Of a stretch of 64,000 bases of DNA, positions 39,231-54,074 are shown piece after piece. The DNA is from Octopus sinensis (taxonomy: Eukaryota). Location: assembly GCF_006345805.1 (NCBI RefSeq), contig NC_043009.1, positions 23,684,001 through 23,748,000 on the forward strand, in the 5' to 3' direction. Below the pieces are notes generated by a model, which saw nothing but the letters and a program-made list of their open reading frames with translations, did not search any database and was not told where the DNA came from. Position 1 is the first letter of the stretch. The number at the start of each line of letters is the position of its first letter. A program made the translations under genes and the position numbers.

Positions 39231-39643
39231 CTCTTTTACTCTTTTACTCTTTTACTTGTTTCAGTCAGTTGACTGCGGCCATGCTGGAGCACCGCCTTTA
39301 GTCGAGCAAATCGACCCCGGGACTTATTCTTTGTAAGCCCAGTACTTATTCTATCGGTCTCTTTTGCCGAACCGCTAAGTGACGGGGACATAAACACACC
39401 AGCATCGGTTGTCAAGCAATGCTAGGGGGACAAACACAGACACACAAACATACATGCACACACACATATATACATACATATATATGACGGGCTTCTTTCA
39501 GTTTCCGTCTACCAAATCCACTCACAAGGCTTTGGTCGACCCGAGGCTATAGTAGAAGACACTTGCCCAAGATGTCACGCAGTGGGACTGAACCCGGAAC
39601 CATGTGGTTGGTAAGCAAGCTACTTACGACACAGCCACTCCTG
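39231..39643 (-). mobile_element. SINE A, full length, young subfamily (shares diagnostic bases with 441-858)
   Basis: Shared variants aagcaatgctaggggga, taagtgacgggga and cccaagatg; inserted into a SINE C remnant. Confidence 0.92.
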
Positions 39644-40458
39644 ACACAACGCGCCGCCTGGAATCAAACTCACGACCTTACGATCGTGAGCCGAATATCC
39701 TAATCACTAATTAACGCATCTATACTCACGTCTTGTACCAGTCAGGCGCTAGTGCAGCACCCCCTTTCTCTCTCTCTCCCTCTCTGAAGTCATCACCTCT
39801 TGTATCAATCTAGCAACGGTGTTGCTTTCTCTCTCTCAAACTGTCACTTCCTGGATGCTCCACTGAGTCAACGATGTGAGGGTCGAGAAGAACTATATTT
39901 CTGCTCGCTACTACCCAGACACCTCAAACAATTCAGCGAGAACCTGGCTCATGCTATCAAGTAACGCTCACTTGCGAGTGACGGTGGAAGTTTTTCATTC
40001 TCATAATACCTAGGATTTATTGAGCACATTTATATATTTTGTACGACTTGAGACATTATATAACAGCACATTAAGGTGTTACTACTGTACACATATTTAA
40101 CGATATATTTAACAAGATGCCAGCCGAAAAAAAATGGATTTCTCCAGTAAAAAAGACTCTATCATTAACGATATAATTTCACCATGCTAAGAATGAACAG
40201 TAATTTCATCTCTCTCGTAAACTAGTATTAATCTTCCTGAAAACTCTTCTTTTACAGATAGTTATAAAAGAAAAAAAAAACTCAAAGAAAACTAGATAAT
40301 ATATATCTCCTCAAGCTAGCGTAGGAAGTTTCATCACGACTACTCGACCTGCTAGAAATAGTAGTGAAATGTTTCGTAAATGACACTGCATTATTAAATA
40401 GAGTTATAGTCGTACATACATACAAATATGCAAACATGTATATTTAAGTATGTATACA

Positions 40459-40505
<47 letters not shown>

Positions 40506-40707
40506 ATCTTTAAGTAAGTGTATATATAAAGGGAAAGTTTACGAAAATAAACAAAAGACAAAGGCAGGTGGTGTACAAACAAACAGATGTATTAGTATAG
40601 CGATCAGGAATAGAAAAAGTATTTTACGTTTCAAGCCTACGCTCTTCTACAGAAAGATACACAGAAAAAAAACAAGGAGAGAAAAAATGTGTGTAGTAGA
40701 TAACGAC

Positions 40708-40803
<96 letters not shown>

Positions 40804-40807
40804 GTAT

Positions 40808-41200
40808 ACTTACTTGGAAATGGATGCGTGGCGTTCAGTCATATAATATGAATAATATATTAATATATATGCATACATACATATATGTGCATACATATTA
40901 TATGTATATACACATGCATATATCGGTACAGGACACCACAGAATGTAAACAACATGAAATACGAAAACATGGAATACAGACTTTTTTCGAACAAGAAAAT
41001 AACCAAATGGAAAACAAGACCAGCAGCATAAAACAAACGACCCTTCATCAATTGTCGGCTGTTTTTCGACTTCGTATTTCGAGCAATTCACGACAAGATA
41101 AGTTTTCGACAAAACAGTTGCTCCCGCAAAGCAAATTAAATAAAATTTTGGATTTTGCGGAGGATCAAAGTTGGTAACAAAAACAGGACAGTGAAAACAA
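40808..41200 (-). mobile_element. Interspersed repeat family E, possibly a Penelope-like terminal repeat
   Basis: Homologous to 55925-56320 (same strand) and 37975-38180 (opposite strand): gtaca(g/a)gaca, cttcatca(a/g)ttgtc, gtaacaaaaacaggacagtg. The class assignment is inference only. Confidence 0.45.
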
Positions 41201-42054
41201 ACAAGAAGGACTGCTAAGCCTGAACGAGTTGAGTTGATGAACCCGGAGGAACAAGCTCTGGCAGGAGACAGACAAGTATGCGTCTTAACTCTGCGGTTGA
41301 TCAGAGAGAAAGAAAGAAATTCAAGTTAGGAAAAGAAAGACGGCCGATGATCACGTGCGAGCAACGAGAGCAAAGGCGGAAGAGTGAGGGAGAGAGGGGG
41401 ACAGACAGAGAACGGCGAAGGCGAGAGGAAAAGAATTAGAGAAAGGATAAGAGAGAAAAAACAAGAGGGGGAGAAGGGGAGAGAAAAAGAATTAGAGAAA
41501 GGAAGAGAAAGGAAACGAAATATATATATATATATACACACATGCATATTTGTATGTATGCATGTATATATATACTTCAAATGTTTATGTATGTATCTAT
41601 GCATGTATGTATGTATGCATGTATATATTTATGTATGTATTATGCACATCACAATGTAAAGAGAACTGAAATTAATTTAAAGATTACAAAACTTCACTGT
41701 AGGAGAATTAACAATGTAAATTCATCCTTACCATACTAGTGATAATTGGAAAACGAGGGAAGGAGTCTCTTGACGAACTGTTTCTTTGTTTGCTGATCTC
41801 GCCTCAGGGAAGATGTATCTGGCTTCGTTCTACAATCAATAACATATACCAGTAGCGGTAGGAAGCAAGGGATAAGGTAGGATATACAGTAAAAGCAGCC
41901 TAATTTGCATATTTGTGGTTTTGACGGTTCGTCATTAAACAATATCAACTGCATTTTTTTATTGCTCAAAACAGTATAAATCAGAAAAAGAAATGTAATA
42001 AATTGAAGTATTACATGGTTTCACAGTGAGTGAAATAAGAATGTAAATGGACTC

Positions 42055-42093
<39 letters not shown>

Positions 42094-43073
42094 CACACAC
42101 ACACACACACACACATTGATTTCAAATTTTGGCACACACCCAGTAAGATCGGGGAGGGGGATGATCAATCATGTCGATCCCAGTGCTTAACTGGTACTTA
42201 TTTTATCGACCTCGAAAGAATGGGAAGCAAAGTCGACCACAGTGGAATTTGAACACAGAACCTGAAGACGGGAGAAAAGCCGCGACACATTTTACCTGCT
42301 GTGATAACAATTCTGCCAACTCGCCGCCTTAATAATGATGATAATAATAATAACAACAACAACAACAACAACAACAACAACGAAGATTTTAGTTTTGAGA
42401 ACTCCTTCATTTGAAAATATAAAAAATTGAAATTCATAACGAAAAAATATTTATTGAAAAATATTGAAAAAATATTTATCATTGAAAATATGATTTCAAA
42501 TTTTATATTTGAAAATGTTGAAAGAAAGTCAGGAGATAGTAAATAGTTAAAAATAACTACAAAAACAAAACAAAACAAAAACGATGCCTAAAAATACAAA
42601 CTCTTATTTTATACAAAATTTAGTGAAAGAAAAAAAAAATTAAAAGTGAAGAAATTAAAAGACTACAAGAAAGGATTTTGTAACTATTAATTTGAAGATT
42701 CTGAAAAACAAAAATGTCTTCCATTCAAAAACGCTAGACATTAAACTACAAACAAAATCGATGATTATTATTATTACTGTATTCTTGAATATCATATCTA
42801 TTTTAGATTTAATAATCCGTCAGCCATTTTATTACTACTAATAACTTGTGTGTTTGTTCGTTATATATTTTATATTGTCTTTGTTTACTTCTTTTGTGTT
42901 TTTTTAAAACTATTGTTTTGTTTCATGCGAAAGGAAAAGAGTCTTCAAATGGAAGGAAGTACTGTTCGAGTCTCTTTACTGTTATCTATCTATTTACCCA
43001 CCTCTCTTTCTTTATTTATCTATTTATTTATCTATTTATTTATCTATTTATTCTATATGTCTGTCTACCTACG

Positions 43074-43164
<91 letters not shown>

Positions 43165-43175
43165 TTATCTATCTG

Positions 43176-43265
<90 letters not shown>

Positions 43266-43274
43266 GTTTGTCTG

Positions 43275-44400
43275 ATCAAACAGAGACCGAGGCTAGACGA
43301 ATGGCACCGCGAGTGCTGCCTTGCTCAGAAGCAACTCTGCCGCCCGGAACCAAACGTGTGCAACTTCAATTCCACAAAGCGTTCTATAGAGGATTAGTGG
43401 AGAGGAGGTGCGACGACGTTCTCGGACAGAATCTGGGTGTCGACGAGGAACACCTGACCCGCTTGTTCAGGACAATTTTCTGACCGAGCCCTATGGACAA
43501 TCACCAAAATCCCTGGCCTGGCAGTACTATCGAGAAGCATTACCTCCTCGGGATAAGCTCTACAGGCACGGTTCGAGACACACTGGACTGACTTGACGAG
43601 ATGCGGTCAGAGCGACGAAACCGTTCTGCATGCACTCGTGCAGTGTCCAACCATTTCAGACCTGTGGGCTTATGCTGAACGGCTGCTGTCACATATGGGA
43701 CGAGTCCGCCTGTCGGCCGAGTCTATCTTGAAAGTTGCTCCGCTACCTCCCCTCAAACGGGAAGACAAAGCAGTCTTCATCGTACTGGTGGCCATGGTGA
43801 AAGAATGTGTGTGGTGGACTCGAGCGAAAGGATTAGAGAAAAAACACTTACCTCTCTGGCCAAACGCTCATCAACTTTTTCAGGTACCACTTGAAAAGGA
43901 AGGTGAGAATGGAGAGGCAGATTTTGTCTCGTGAAAGTTTCAAAAAAAGGTGGGTGAATGTAGCAAAGATGTAGCGTGCGTGTGACGAAGCCACTTTGAG
44001 CATGATCCTGTATATCGAAGAGAGAGAGAGAGAGAGAGAGAGCACTTTGCTCTCATGTGTCTATTCCCCCCTACCTTAGGGAATAAACACATTTTCCGTA
44101 GGCTTTTCTTTCCCAGGATAATCCTAATCTTGCTTCTCCTCTTTCACCACCACCACCTCCTCCTCCTCCCCCTCCTCCTCCTCCTTGCGATTCTTTTTCT
44201 CTCACATATGTGTGTGTGTAGCGCTCCTTTATTCATTGTCTCCTCTTTGTGATTCGTTTTTTCCCTCCTTTACTCGTTGCCCGTCACCAAGCCTAGTAAT
44301 GTACTCTTACTGTATCTCTTATGTTAACTCTTTCTACATCTTTATTCCACTCTTCCATTTCTCTTTCTGTAGAGTGTAATACTTGACTAGGAAAACCAAT
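43275..44400 (+). mobile_element. L1/Tx1-clade LINE 3' fragment in (CTAT)n
   Basis: SLAWQYYREALP..DKLYRHG..(C)xRCGQSDETVLHALVQC, the L1/Tx1 ORF2 C-terminal zinc-binding motif, followed by a pyrimidine-rich 3'UTR. Confidence 0.75.
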
Positions 44401-44476
44401 CAACCAGCTAAGCAACCAATATTTATAACCGCAAATAATATATATTCCTTTATTCTTTTACTAGTTTCAGTCATTT

Positions 44477-44626
44477 ATCTCGACTTTGATAAAGTCAATC
44501 ATGGAATGATATGTCACAAACTGCGTGATCTTGGCATAGTTGGAAAATTGGGAGAATGGCTTCATGACTTTCTGAAGGATAGAAGTCAGGTGGTAGTAGC
44601 CAATTAACACGCAAATAGTGAGCGGT
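44477..44626 (+). mobile_element. 150-bp fragment of the CR1 RT region fused between a SINE A tail and a SINE B body
   Basis: Near-identical to 34667-34841 apart from two short deletions. Confidence 0.85.
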
Positions 44627-44806
44627 ATTTCGTCTGTCGTTACGTTCCGAGTTCAAATTCCGCCGAGGTCGACTTTGCCTTTCATCCTTTCAGGGTCGAT
44701 AAATTAAGTACCACTTACGCACTGGGGTCGATGTAATCGACTTAATCCCTTTGTCTGTCCTTGTTTGTCCCCTCTATGTTTAGCCTCTTGTGGGTAGTAA
44801 AGAAAA
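44621..44806 (+). mobile_element. SINE B, 5' truncated
   Basis: agcggtatttcgtctgtcgttacgttccgagttcaaattccgccgaggtcgactttgcc..gggtagtaaagaaa. Confidence 0.85.
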
Positions 44807-45191
44807 AATAAAAATATTATTATTATTAATTATTTATAATTTTTTATGGAAAATTTTCGAAGAAACGCCTGCATTACTTTATTTGCTGCCGACAAAAAAC
44901 TGCGCTTGCGTGGTGGATTTGAAAAATCATGATGTATAAACACGGGGCACATGCTGGATTGCCTCATACTTATATATATAATCTAGGCGTACCTGTTGAT
45001 GAAGACTTCGCCTAGCAAATTATTTTATTTGCTAAAAAATGACTGAAAACATGGTCCATGAGATAGATGGTAAATGTTTTTATTTTTCCCTCCCTTCGAA
45101 GTTTATACCTAATAGTGGTTTGGATTTTAGCTATTCCTTCTAGCGTGCAAGGAATCCTATGACGGATAGCTTTTATGTGTTTAAATATACA

Positions 45192-45233
<42 letters not shown>

Positions 45234-45404
45234 TGTATATATATTTGTGTATGCGTGTATGTGTGTGCATGTGCGCATGTGTGTGTGTATGCGTGCGTGT
45301 GTGCATCTGTGTATGCTCTCCACCACTGCTTGAGAACGTAGCGGTTCGGTTAGAAACACCGACAGAATAGGTAGCAAGCTTATATATACTACTGTTATGC
45401 TGGA

Positions 45405-45573
45405 AGACCTCCTTGAAGGGTGTAGTGAAGCAAATCGACCCATAGTACTTATGCTATCGGCCTCTTTTGCCGATCCGCTTTTGCCGATCGTCATGAGTAC
45501 GTAATCAAGCCACCACCGGTTGTCGAACGGCGCTGAGGGCATACACAGACACAAAGACACGCACACACACACC

Positions 45574-45646
<73 letters not shown>

Positions 45647-45801
45647 ACGGGCTTCTTTCAGTTTTCGTCTACCAAATCCACTCACAAGGCTTTGGTCGTC
45701 TCGAGGCTATAGTAGAAGACACTCACCCAAGGTGCCACGCAGTGGGGCTGAACACGGAACCATGTGATTGGGAAGCAAGCTTCTTACCACATAGCCACGC
45801 C
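45405..45801 (-). mobile_element. SINE A, diverged
   Basis: Head cttaccacatagccacgcc at 3' side, body present; abuts a + strand 3' fragment at ~45310-45420. Confidence 0.75.
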
Positions 45802-46849
45802 TTATATATATATATAAGCGAGTTATATGTAGCATCATAAATCTGAGTACTTTACCAGCTTTCCACTAGGAGTTAAATGAATAGCTAGATAAAATGATTG
45901 ATCATAGTAGTGTTATACTCGGTGGCATAAAAACATTTCAAGCAAAGTTTATATGTAAATGTACGTACATACATATAGAACGTGTAAATGTGTGTGAATT
46001 CTATAGTAAATCTATAGTATTTAAATGAGTGCTCAATACACAAATTACGTAGAGTGGATATATCTATTAGATATCAACCCGACGGATGAGTTAGCTCGTC
46101 TCACGACTATAACACGAATAAAAAAGAGGAAGGTTGTGAGATAAGGAGGCAGCAAAAAACATATATGAGGCTGAACAAATAAAACCTAAGTGGAAAAGCG
46201 TTGAAAATATGAAATGAATTAAGAACACTCGAAGTATGTGCACAACGAAAGTAAAAAGAAGAGCATCTAATGTTTCGGGTTAGACACTTTATCAAAAAGA
46301 AGGAAAATGAATAAGAGAGATAAGAGAAAAAAAAATAACAGAATCGAAATTACAGCGTCTCTTTCTTTTAGGGGTAAAGGGTTAATGTAAATATATGCAT
46401 GTATACACATGTGTGTGTATATGTGCGTGTATTTGTGTGCGAGTGTGTATGTATTTGTGTGCGAGTGTGCTGTTATTCAAATGTTTATACTTATTCCATT
46501 AATTCTACCTCTATCAATGAGGACACAATTCCACGTCACAACGCAACAACAATATAAATTTATATTGTTGCCGTTGTGACAAGGTTTCGTGCCCTGATTG
46601 ATAGAGATAGAATTAATGGAATAATACCAATGTTTCCTTCGAAACACATGTCGGAAGTATAAAGATTTGAATAACAGCTACGTTTAACACAATTTCTTTA
46701 TTTATGTTATACAAAATCATTTCACTAAACCCTGGAATTTCTATCTTGTAACATCCTTGGTACTTATGTGAATTTTTTGCTTCCTCGGTAACAATTTATT
46801 TTTCCGTGTTGTTTGTAAACATTGAAAGATACACATACATTTATATATA

Positions 46850-46899
<50 letters not shown>

Positions 46900-46902
46900 A
46901 TA

Positions 46903-46934
<32 letters not shown>

Positions 46935-46965
46935 GTATATATATATATATGTATATATATATATG

Positions 46966-47051
<86 letters not shown>

Positions 47052-47326
47052 ATATGTATATATGTATGTATAAATGTATGTATGTACTATAGATGAATAT
47101 GTAGATGCCTACGTGTATTAACGTATAGAAATACAATACGCACACTCGCATATATGTGTGTATATATGTATATAAATTTGTATATGTACGTCTGTAAGTA
47201 TGTGTACGCACATATGTAGGTGTATGTATATGCACGTGCGCATACATGCATACAGACATATATACTTATATATGTACATACATGTACACACATATAGAAT
47301 AAAGAATTGGATTCAGAAAATCATGA

Positions 47327-47373
<47 letters not shown>

Positions 47374-48029
47374 TGCACATTTAGTGCTTTATGCGGTATA
47401 TGCGTGTTCATAAACTTTTTGAAAGTACACGTACATAGCTATACCCTATTAGCCCGCATACTCTTAAACATACAATATAGACATACATTAAACATACATA
47501 CGATATACGCAACACGCGCACGCAATATGTATACAACACACACACAATTCACCGGCACACTGCAGCAACACACAAAAATACTCACAAACTACTCATATAT
47601 GCTACATATACCCCCCCACACACACACACATATGCACGCAGAGTGAATAAAAATCGATATTATGTTTGATCGTATCCTATAATACTAAATTCTACAGTTA
47701 TTCGATTATTTCGAGAACAACCAGCCTAGATTATTATCGTTGCTCATCTTCTGGAACCGTCTTTGGCTGGCAAAAGAATGGAGCTGCTAAACTTACGTAA
47801 TTCACTTTAATATCCAATAGTTCTTGTTTATGGTTAAAAATGCACGGCAGAAATAACATTTAGCTTCTCTTAATAACCCAGACATCAGCCATTTAAAGAT
47901 AATAATTGCAATAATAATAATAATAATAATAATGATAATAATAATAATAATAATAACAATAAATAATAAATAATAATAATAATAATAATTAATGATAATA
48001 ATAAATAATAATAATAAAATAAAAATAAA

Positions 48030-48098
<69 letters not shown>

Positions 48099-48099
48099 T

Positions 48100-48535
48100 A
48101 TGATCAATACCACAGACTTGCGAGTCAGTTGTTTGAACTTAATCAGTTGAGCATGTCCCTTAGTGGCTGACGATATTTGCATCTCTGATCACGAGCAGAG
48201 GTAGTGGGGGAGCATCATAACCATGTGTTGAGAGGAATTATTTGGGGTTAGAATAATTCACATTTGGAAACATGAGTGTTTTGTTCATCATCCTTAAACA
48301 ACCTTTATTCAGGGTCCTTTTGAGCGGGATGAACTACTCGACCTGAAAAAAACTGGACCCCACCTGCAAGGTCATTCGCTGTTTATCTTGATATGAGATC
48401 ACCATGTCGCGCACTTATGGTTGTGACGCATGTGCCTGGTGTACCTTTGTCGGACGGATAGTCATGATGAATATACTGGCTTTGTATATTTTACCCCAGC
48501 GTCACTTTGATGGCATGCGCTGCTCTCTCACTCGA
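48100..48535. mobile_element. Unclassified ~435-bp element between (TAA)n tracts
   Basis: Non-coding, GC-richer block bounded by (TAA)n on both sides, ending ctctcactcgataataat; no second copy in the window. Confidence 0.35.
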
Positions 48536-48620
48536 TAATAATAATGATGATAATAATAATAATACTACTAACAACAACAACAACAACAACAATAATAATG
48601 ATAATAATAACAATAATAGT

Positions 48621-49790
48621 AAGGTGTTAACCATAAACTCCTTTAAAGTTCAAGTTGTTACTTATAGCTTCAATGTGTTGAACTGGAATATCAGTGAATA
48701 AAGAAAATTGACAAGGAAATCCGTAAGCTGCTGACTTCTAATAAAATGTACAGCCCAGGGCCCAAGGAAGTCGAGGCTTGAACCAGTTCGAACTTTCTTG
48801 ACAAACTACCGCAATTTGACTGGCCAAATATCTTGAAACAACTAAGAACTGAATGCTAAAACCATTGAAAGTCACAAGAGGCATAAAAAGCTTCATTCTG
48901 TCTTGAAGAAACGCAAAAAATTATTTGCTATTGATTTCATGTATTATACCCAAGCTGATAAATCTGAAGATAGCGTGGCAACTGTTGCTTGCTAAGAAAG
49001 TAAAATTAGTAGCAAAGAAAAACGTGCATAAACAATTGGCTGATAGGTAGTTTGAGGTACCTCTGTGTGGCAAATATGTGTCCCGTAACAAAGAAACTGA
49101 TGTTGGCCAGATGTACACCCATCAGCGGCTAGGAAACTCGGGGCTGGAAGCAGAGAGCAAAGGCTTCATCTTAGCTATTCGAGATCAAAACTTATTGATC
49201 TGGAACTACCAAGCCAACGTGATGGAAAATGGAGTAGATACAAAGTGCCGTTTCTGCAATGATAAGATAGAAACAGTGGACCTCTTAATCTCGAGATATA
49301 AAGTTTTAGCACCAACAGGGTATAAATCATAAATCAAGACATGACAGAGTTAGCCAATATCTACACTGTCGGCATTATAAAATCAAAACTGTTTACAAGT
49401 TGTACAAGCTTCACCCTGGGGTTGTAACTGAGGAAGAAAATGTAACTGTTCTTTGGGACTTTCTAGTACATACAGACAGAACTATCAAAGCTAATAAACC
49501 GTATGTTGTAAAAGACCAAAATAATAAAGTCTGTTTATCGATTGACATGAGTATCATTTGTGCTCATAATCTATCGCAGAAGAATTTGAAAAGCTCAGAA
49601 AATATAAAGATTCGCTCATTGAAATCGAAAAATGTGGCATCTAATGGTGATTACAATACCAGTGATTGTAAGAGCATTAAGAATGGTAACAGACAGAACT
49701 GAAGATTATTTGAGAGTGATCCCTGGTTTACCACTCCTGCAAGAAGTGCAAAATATTGTACATATATTGAAAAGAGCATTGTCGCTGCGA
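48621..49790 (+). mobile_element. RLE-type (R4/Dong-like) LINE, 5' truncated, decayed
   Basis: GFILAIRDQNL..NYQAN..CRFC..ETVDLLIS, VLWDFLVHTDRTIKANKP..SIDMS, i.e. a CCHC knuckle plus restriction-like endonuclease; starts right after (TAA/CAA)n. Confidence 0.8.
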
Positions 49791-50319
49791 GAAATATTAT
49801 CATCCATATAAATAATTCTTTCCTCGAAAACTATTTGATTTTGGACGTGAACAACCTGGTGTGTTTATTTTAATTTATTTTGACTCTTTACTTTCTGAGT
49901 TCAAATCCTTGCGAGGTCACTTTACCTTTCATCCTTTCGTGGTTTATAAAATAAAGTACCAGTCAAGTACTGGGGGATGCCATCTACCCCAGTCAAGTAC
50001 TGGGGTAGATGGCACCCCCGTCAAAATTGCTGGCCATTAACTCTGCGGCAGAATGGCGTCTTGTTCAAGGGAATGTTGTGATTCCGGTGATTTATACTTC
50101 ATGGAAACCGGGTAACCGTCCTTATGAGGCCCATAGCTCAACAAAACTAAAACATTATATTGGTTTTCAAAATTTCGGGTGAGGGGTTAAGTCGATTACA
50201 TCGACTGTAGTATGAAAAGGAAAGTAGAACTCGGAGGAATCTGAACTCACAACGTAAAGGCGGACGAAATGCCGCTAAGCAGTTTATTCGGCGTTATCGA
50301 TTCTGCCAGATCGCCGTAC

Positions 50320-50496
50320 TTTGTTTCAGTCATTTGACTGTGGCCTTTAGTCGAGCAAATCAGCCCTAGGAATTATTCTTTGTAAGCCTAGTACTTATTC
50401 TGTCAGTCTATTTTGCCGAACCGCTAAGTTACGGTGACCTAACCACACCAGCATCGGTTGTCAAGCGATGTTGGGGGGACAAACACAGACACACAA

Positions 50497-50543
<47 letters not shown>

Positions 50544-50694
50544 CGACGGGCTTCTTTCAGTTTCCGTCTACCAAATCCACTCACAAGGCTTTGGTCGACC
50601 CGAGGCTATAGTAGAAGACACTTGCCCAAGGTGCCACGCAGTGGGACTGAACCTTGTGGTTGGTAAACAAACTACTTACCACACAGCCACTCCT
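50320..50694 (-). mobile_element. SINE A, near full length
   Basis: Head cttaccacacagccactcct, tail tttgtttcagtcatttgactg. Confidence 0.88.
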
Positions 50695-52137
50695 ACACCT
50701 ATTAATATAAATATTATAAAAATATTATATTATTAATATCATATTACTATATTTTCTATGTATGCTCTGTTCTATGATTTATGTTTGATTTTGGTTCTTT
50801 GAAACCATTTTGTATGTGACCCGTTGCCAAATAAAGAAATCCGTTTTAGCGACTACGTAGATTCAAAAATAATTAGAGATAAGAGCTAACCACTCCAAAA
50901 CAGTTACCAGGGATTTTTGAACGACTAGAACTTGTGCTTCGATCGATGTTAGTACACCGATTACATAAGAACTCACTGTATAATAGGATTTTCAAAAATA
51001 TCAATCGATTTTACTTCTTAAATCCAAAGAACAGGAAATACGTGTGATGAAAGCTCAAGGGAATCAGAACAACATTCTGGAACTGAAAACAACAACAACA
51101 ACAACAGCAGCAACAACAACAATAACAATAACAGTAACAACAACAATAACAATAACAGTAACAACAACAGCAAGATGCAGCAGCAGCAGTAGCAACTGCA
51201 ACAACAAAAACAACAATTACATTGCACATATCACAGCGTATGGCCATTTTTGCGGTAAAACATGGAAAAAAAAATAATAATAAAAACTTCAAAGGATTTT
51301 TCGTAAATCCTCTACATGAATTCACCTCAAAGAATACCATTCCTTGAACTTTAAACATTCCAATGGCAATATGGAAGCCAATGAAGAAGCTTCTATTCTT
51401 GCAAGAAATAGCAACTAAATACCCCTCACAATGTATTGTAATGGTGGATTTGATAGTATAAAAGACGTATCAGCATATTACACGCAAGCCCAAATTCAGC
51501 AGCGCATATTCCGACAAAAAAGTGAGAGTCGAGGACAAAATTAGCTTATGGGCAGCCCAACTTCGCAATATAGACACATAGATAGATACATACATACACA
51601 CTTGCACACAAATACACGCACATATACACACACATGTGTATACATGCATATATTTACATTAACCCTTTACCCCTAAAAGAAAGAGACGCTGTAATTTCGA
51701 TTCTGTTATTTCTTTTCCTCTTACCTCTCTTATTCATTTTCCTTCTTTTTGAGCCTTGGTTTAGGGGAGCAAAAAGTGAGACATATGTCATCATATGTAG
51801 TGCGTTGTAACCTTCGGAGCTCCTTTCAACGAAGTTTTTTTCGATCAAGGTTCGATGGTGGTGATCGGAGATAAGAAACGTGAAATGAAGACATCGAAAT
51901 GAAAGGATTTCCTTTGATTATATTTCAAAGTCATTGTTTTATTCTTTCACTCGTTTGAGTCATCGGACTGCGGTATCACCGACGCAGCACCTCAAAGGAT
52001 TTTATCGAGAAGATCGATCTATGTATGTATATGTATGTGTGCGCGCGCGCGTATGTGTGTGCGCGCGCGCGTATGTGTGTGCGTTTGTGCGTGTGCGTAT
52101 GTGTCTATATGTGTGTGTATATATATATACATATGTA

Positions 52138-52194
<57 letters not shown>

Positions 52195-52197
<3 letters not shown>

Positions 52198-52486
52198 CGT
52201 GACTGACCAGGCTATCAGATGTTGCTACACATCGCTGGTCACAATGCGCTTCGCATTGTTTTTAAGCCTTCAAATGACGCCACCCCGCTGGCTAAGCGAG
52301 CAGGCCAACAGAAGAAAGAGTGAGAGAAAGTTGTGGCGAAAGAGTACAGCAGGGATCGCCACCCACTGCCGGAGCCTCGTGGAGCTTTAGGTGTTTTCGC
52401 TCAATAAACACTCACAAGGCCCGGTCTGGGAATCGAAACCGCGATCCTACGACTGCGAGTCCGCTGCCCTAACCACTGGGCCATTG
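52195..52486 (-). mobile_element. tRNA-derived SINE family D, well preserved
   Basis: Reverse complement CAATGGCCCAGTGGTTAGGGCAGCGGACTCGCAGTCGTAGGATCGCGGTTTCGATTCCCAGACC (A and B boxes); the body is unrelated to families A/B and ends at (TA)n. Confidence 0.75.
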
Positions 52487-52520
52487 TTCAGATAGTATTC
52501 CTACTATTTGCACCGGCCAT

Positions 52521-52567
<47 letters not shown>

Positions 52568-52729
52568 TATCGATACATGTATATATATTTATATATACAT
52601 ATATACATATATATATACACACACACATATCGATACATATATATATATTTATATATACATATAGACATATGTATATAATATATATATATATATATTATAT
52701 ATATATTATATATACATATGTATATATTA

Positions 52730-52771
<42 letters not shown>

Positions 52772-52825
52772 GGCCGGTGCAGATAGTATTAATACTATCT
52801 GCACCATTACACTATATATATATAT

Positions 52826-52880
<55 letters not shown>

Positions 52881-53631
52881 CACGTGTGTGTGTGTATATA
52901 TATATACATACATATATATATATGCATACTATCTGTACCAGGCACACGCATCAAGCATCATCGACCGGCATTGACTCTTATGTAAGTCCATCTTTTTTTC
53001 ATCTCATCACCACCCATATTACTTTCATCATTACCATTGTGCTCTGCATTGATGTATTTATATTATCTTTTATTCATCTGAATAATACTTTCATTTTCTT
53101 TTTCTTTTCCATATAACAGGAACCTGCTTTCATTTCTTTATCAGCATCGATTAATAACCTTAGTAAAATAGGAAAAAAAAATTAATAATATCTCTCACAT
53201 GTATATCAAATCTGACCTAATCTGCCCTCCAAATGCAAATTTAGCTCTTCTTTAACTCTCATTCATTTTAAATATTTTCGTGAAGAATATCAAGACATAA
53301 AAATCATCTGTTTTTATCTTATTTCAACTCCTCGTATTACTATTTCAGTTATTGCTGCAATAAAATTGACTCATTGCCTTTCAAATGTTTCATTATACTG
53401 TCATGTGATATCGTGGTATCGGCTTGCTTTCGCGCTGGTACAACATCTTATTTCGCTTTCCACATTCGTTTTATTTCTATCGTTCTTTCTATATTTTGTA
53501 TACGTTTTTGCAGAATGGCTAGACTAAGATACATTCATGTCGTTTCCTTCTCCCCAACCCCTTATACATACATACATACATACATACATACATACATACA
53601 TACATACATACATACATACATACATACACAC

Positions 53632-53688
<57 letters not shown>

Positions 53689-54019
53689 TATATACATTAC
53701 ACAGAAAGACCACAAAATGACGTACATAAAAGACATGGACACGCCCCTCCTTCAACAACTATTGACTAAGTCATAACAATTTTGTGCCATTATCAATAAC
53801 CATCTATCTATCTATCTATCTATCAATCTATCTATCTATCAATCTATCTATCTATCCATTCATCCATCCAGCCAGCCAGCCAGTCATCCGTCTACCTGTC
53901 CCTCTATTTGTCTGTCGTCTATGTATGTATGTATGTATGTATGTATGTATGTATGTATGTATGTATGTATGTATGTATGTATGTATGTATGTATGTATGT
54001 ATGTATGTATGTATGTATG

Positions 54020-54053
<34 letters not shown>

Positions 54054-54074
54054 TCTGTCTGTCTGTCAGTTGTC

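Noticed and set aside
39734-40065. Possible solo LTR (TG..ACA, AP-1 and ETS-like sites)
   Set aside because: No matching TSD, no second copy and no PBS/PPT; short motifs are expected by chance.
52195-52486. Functional tRNA gene
   Set aside because: A and B boxes are present, but there is no acceptor stem and the sequence continues into a SINE-type body.
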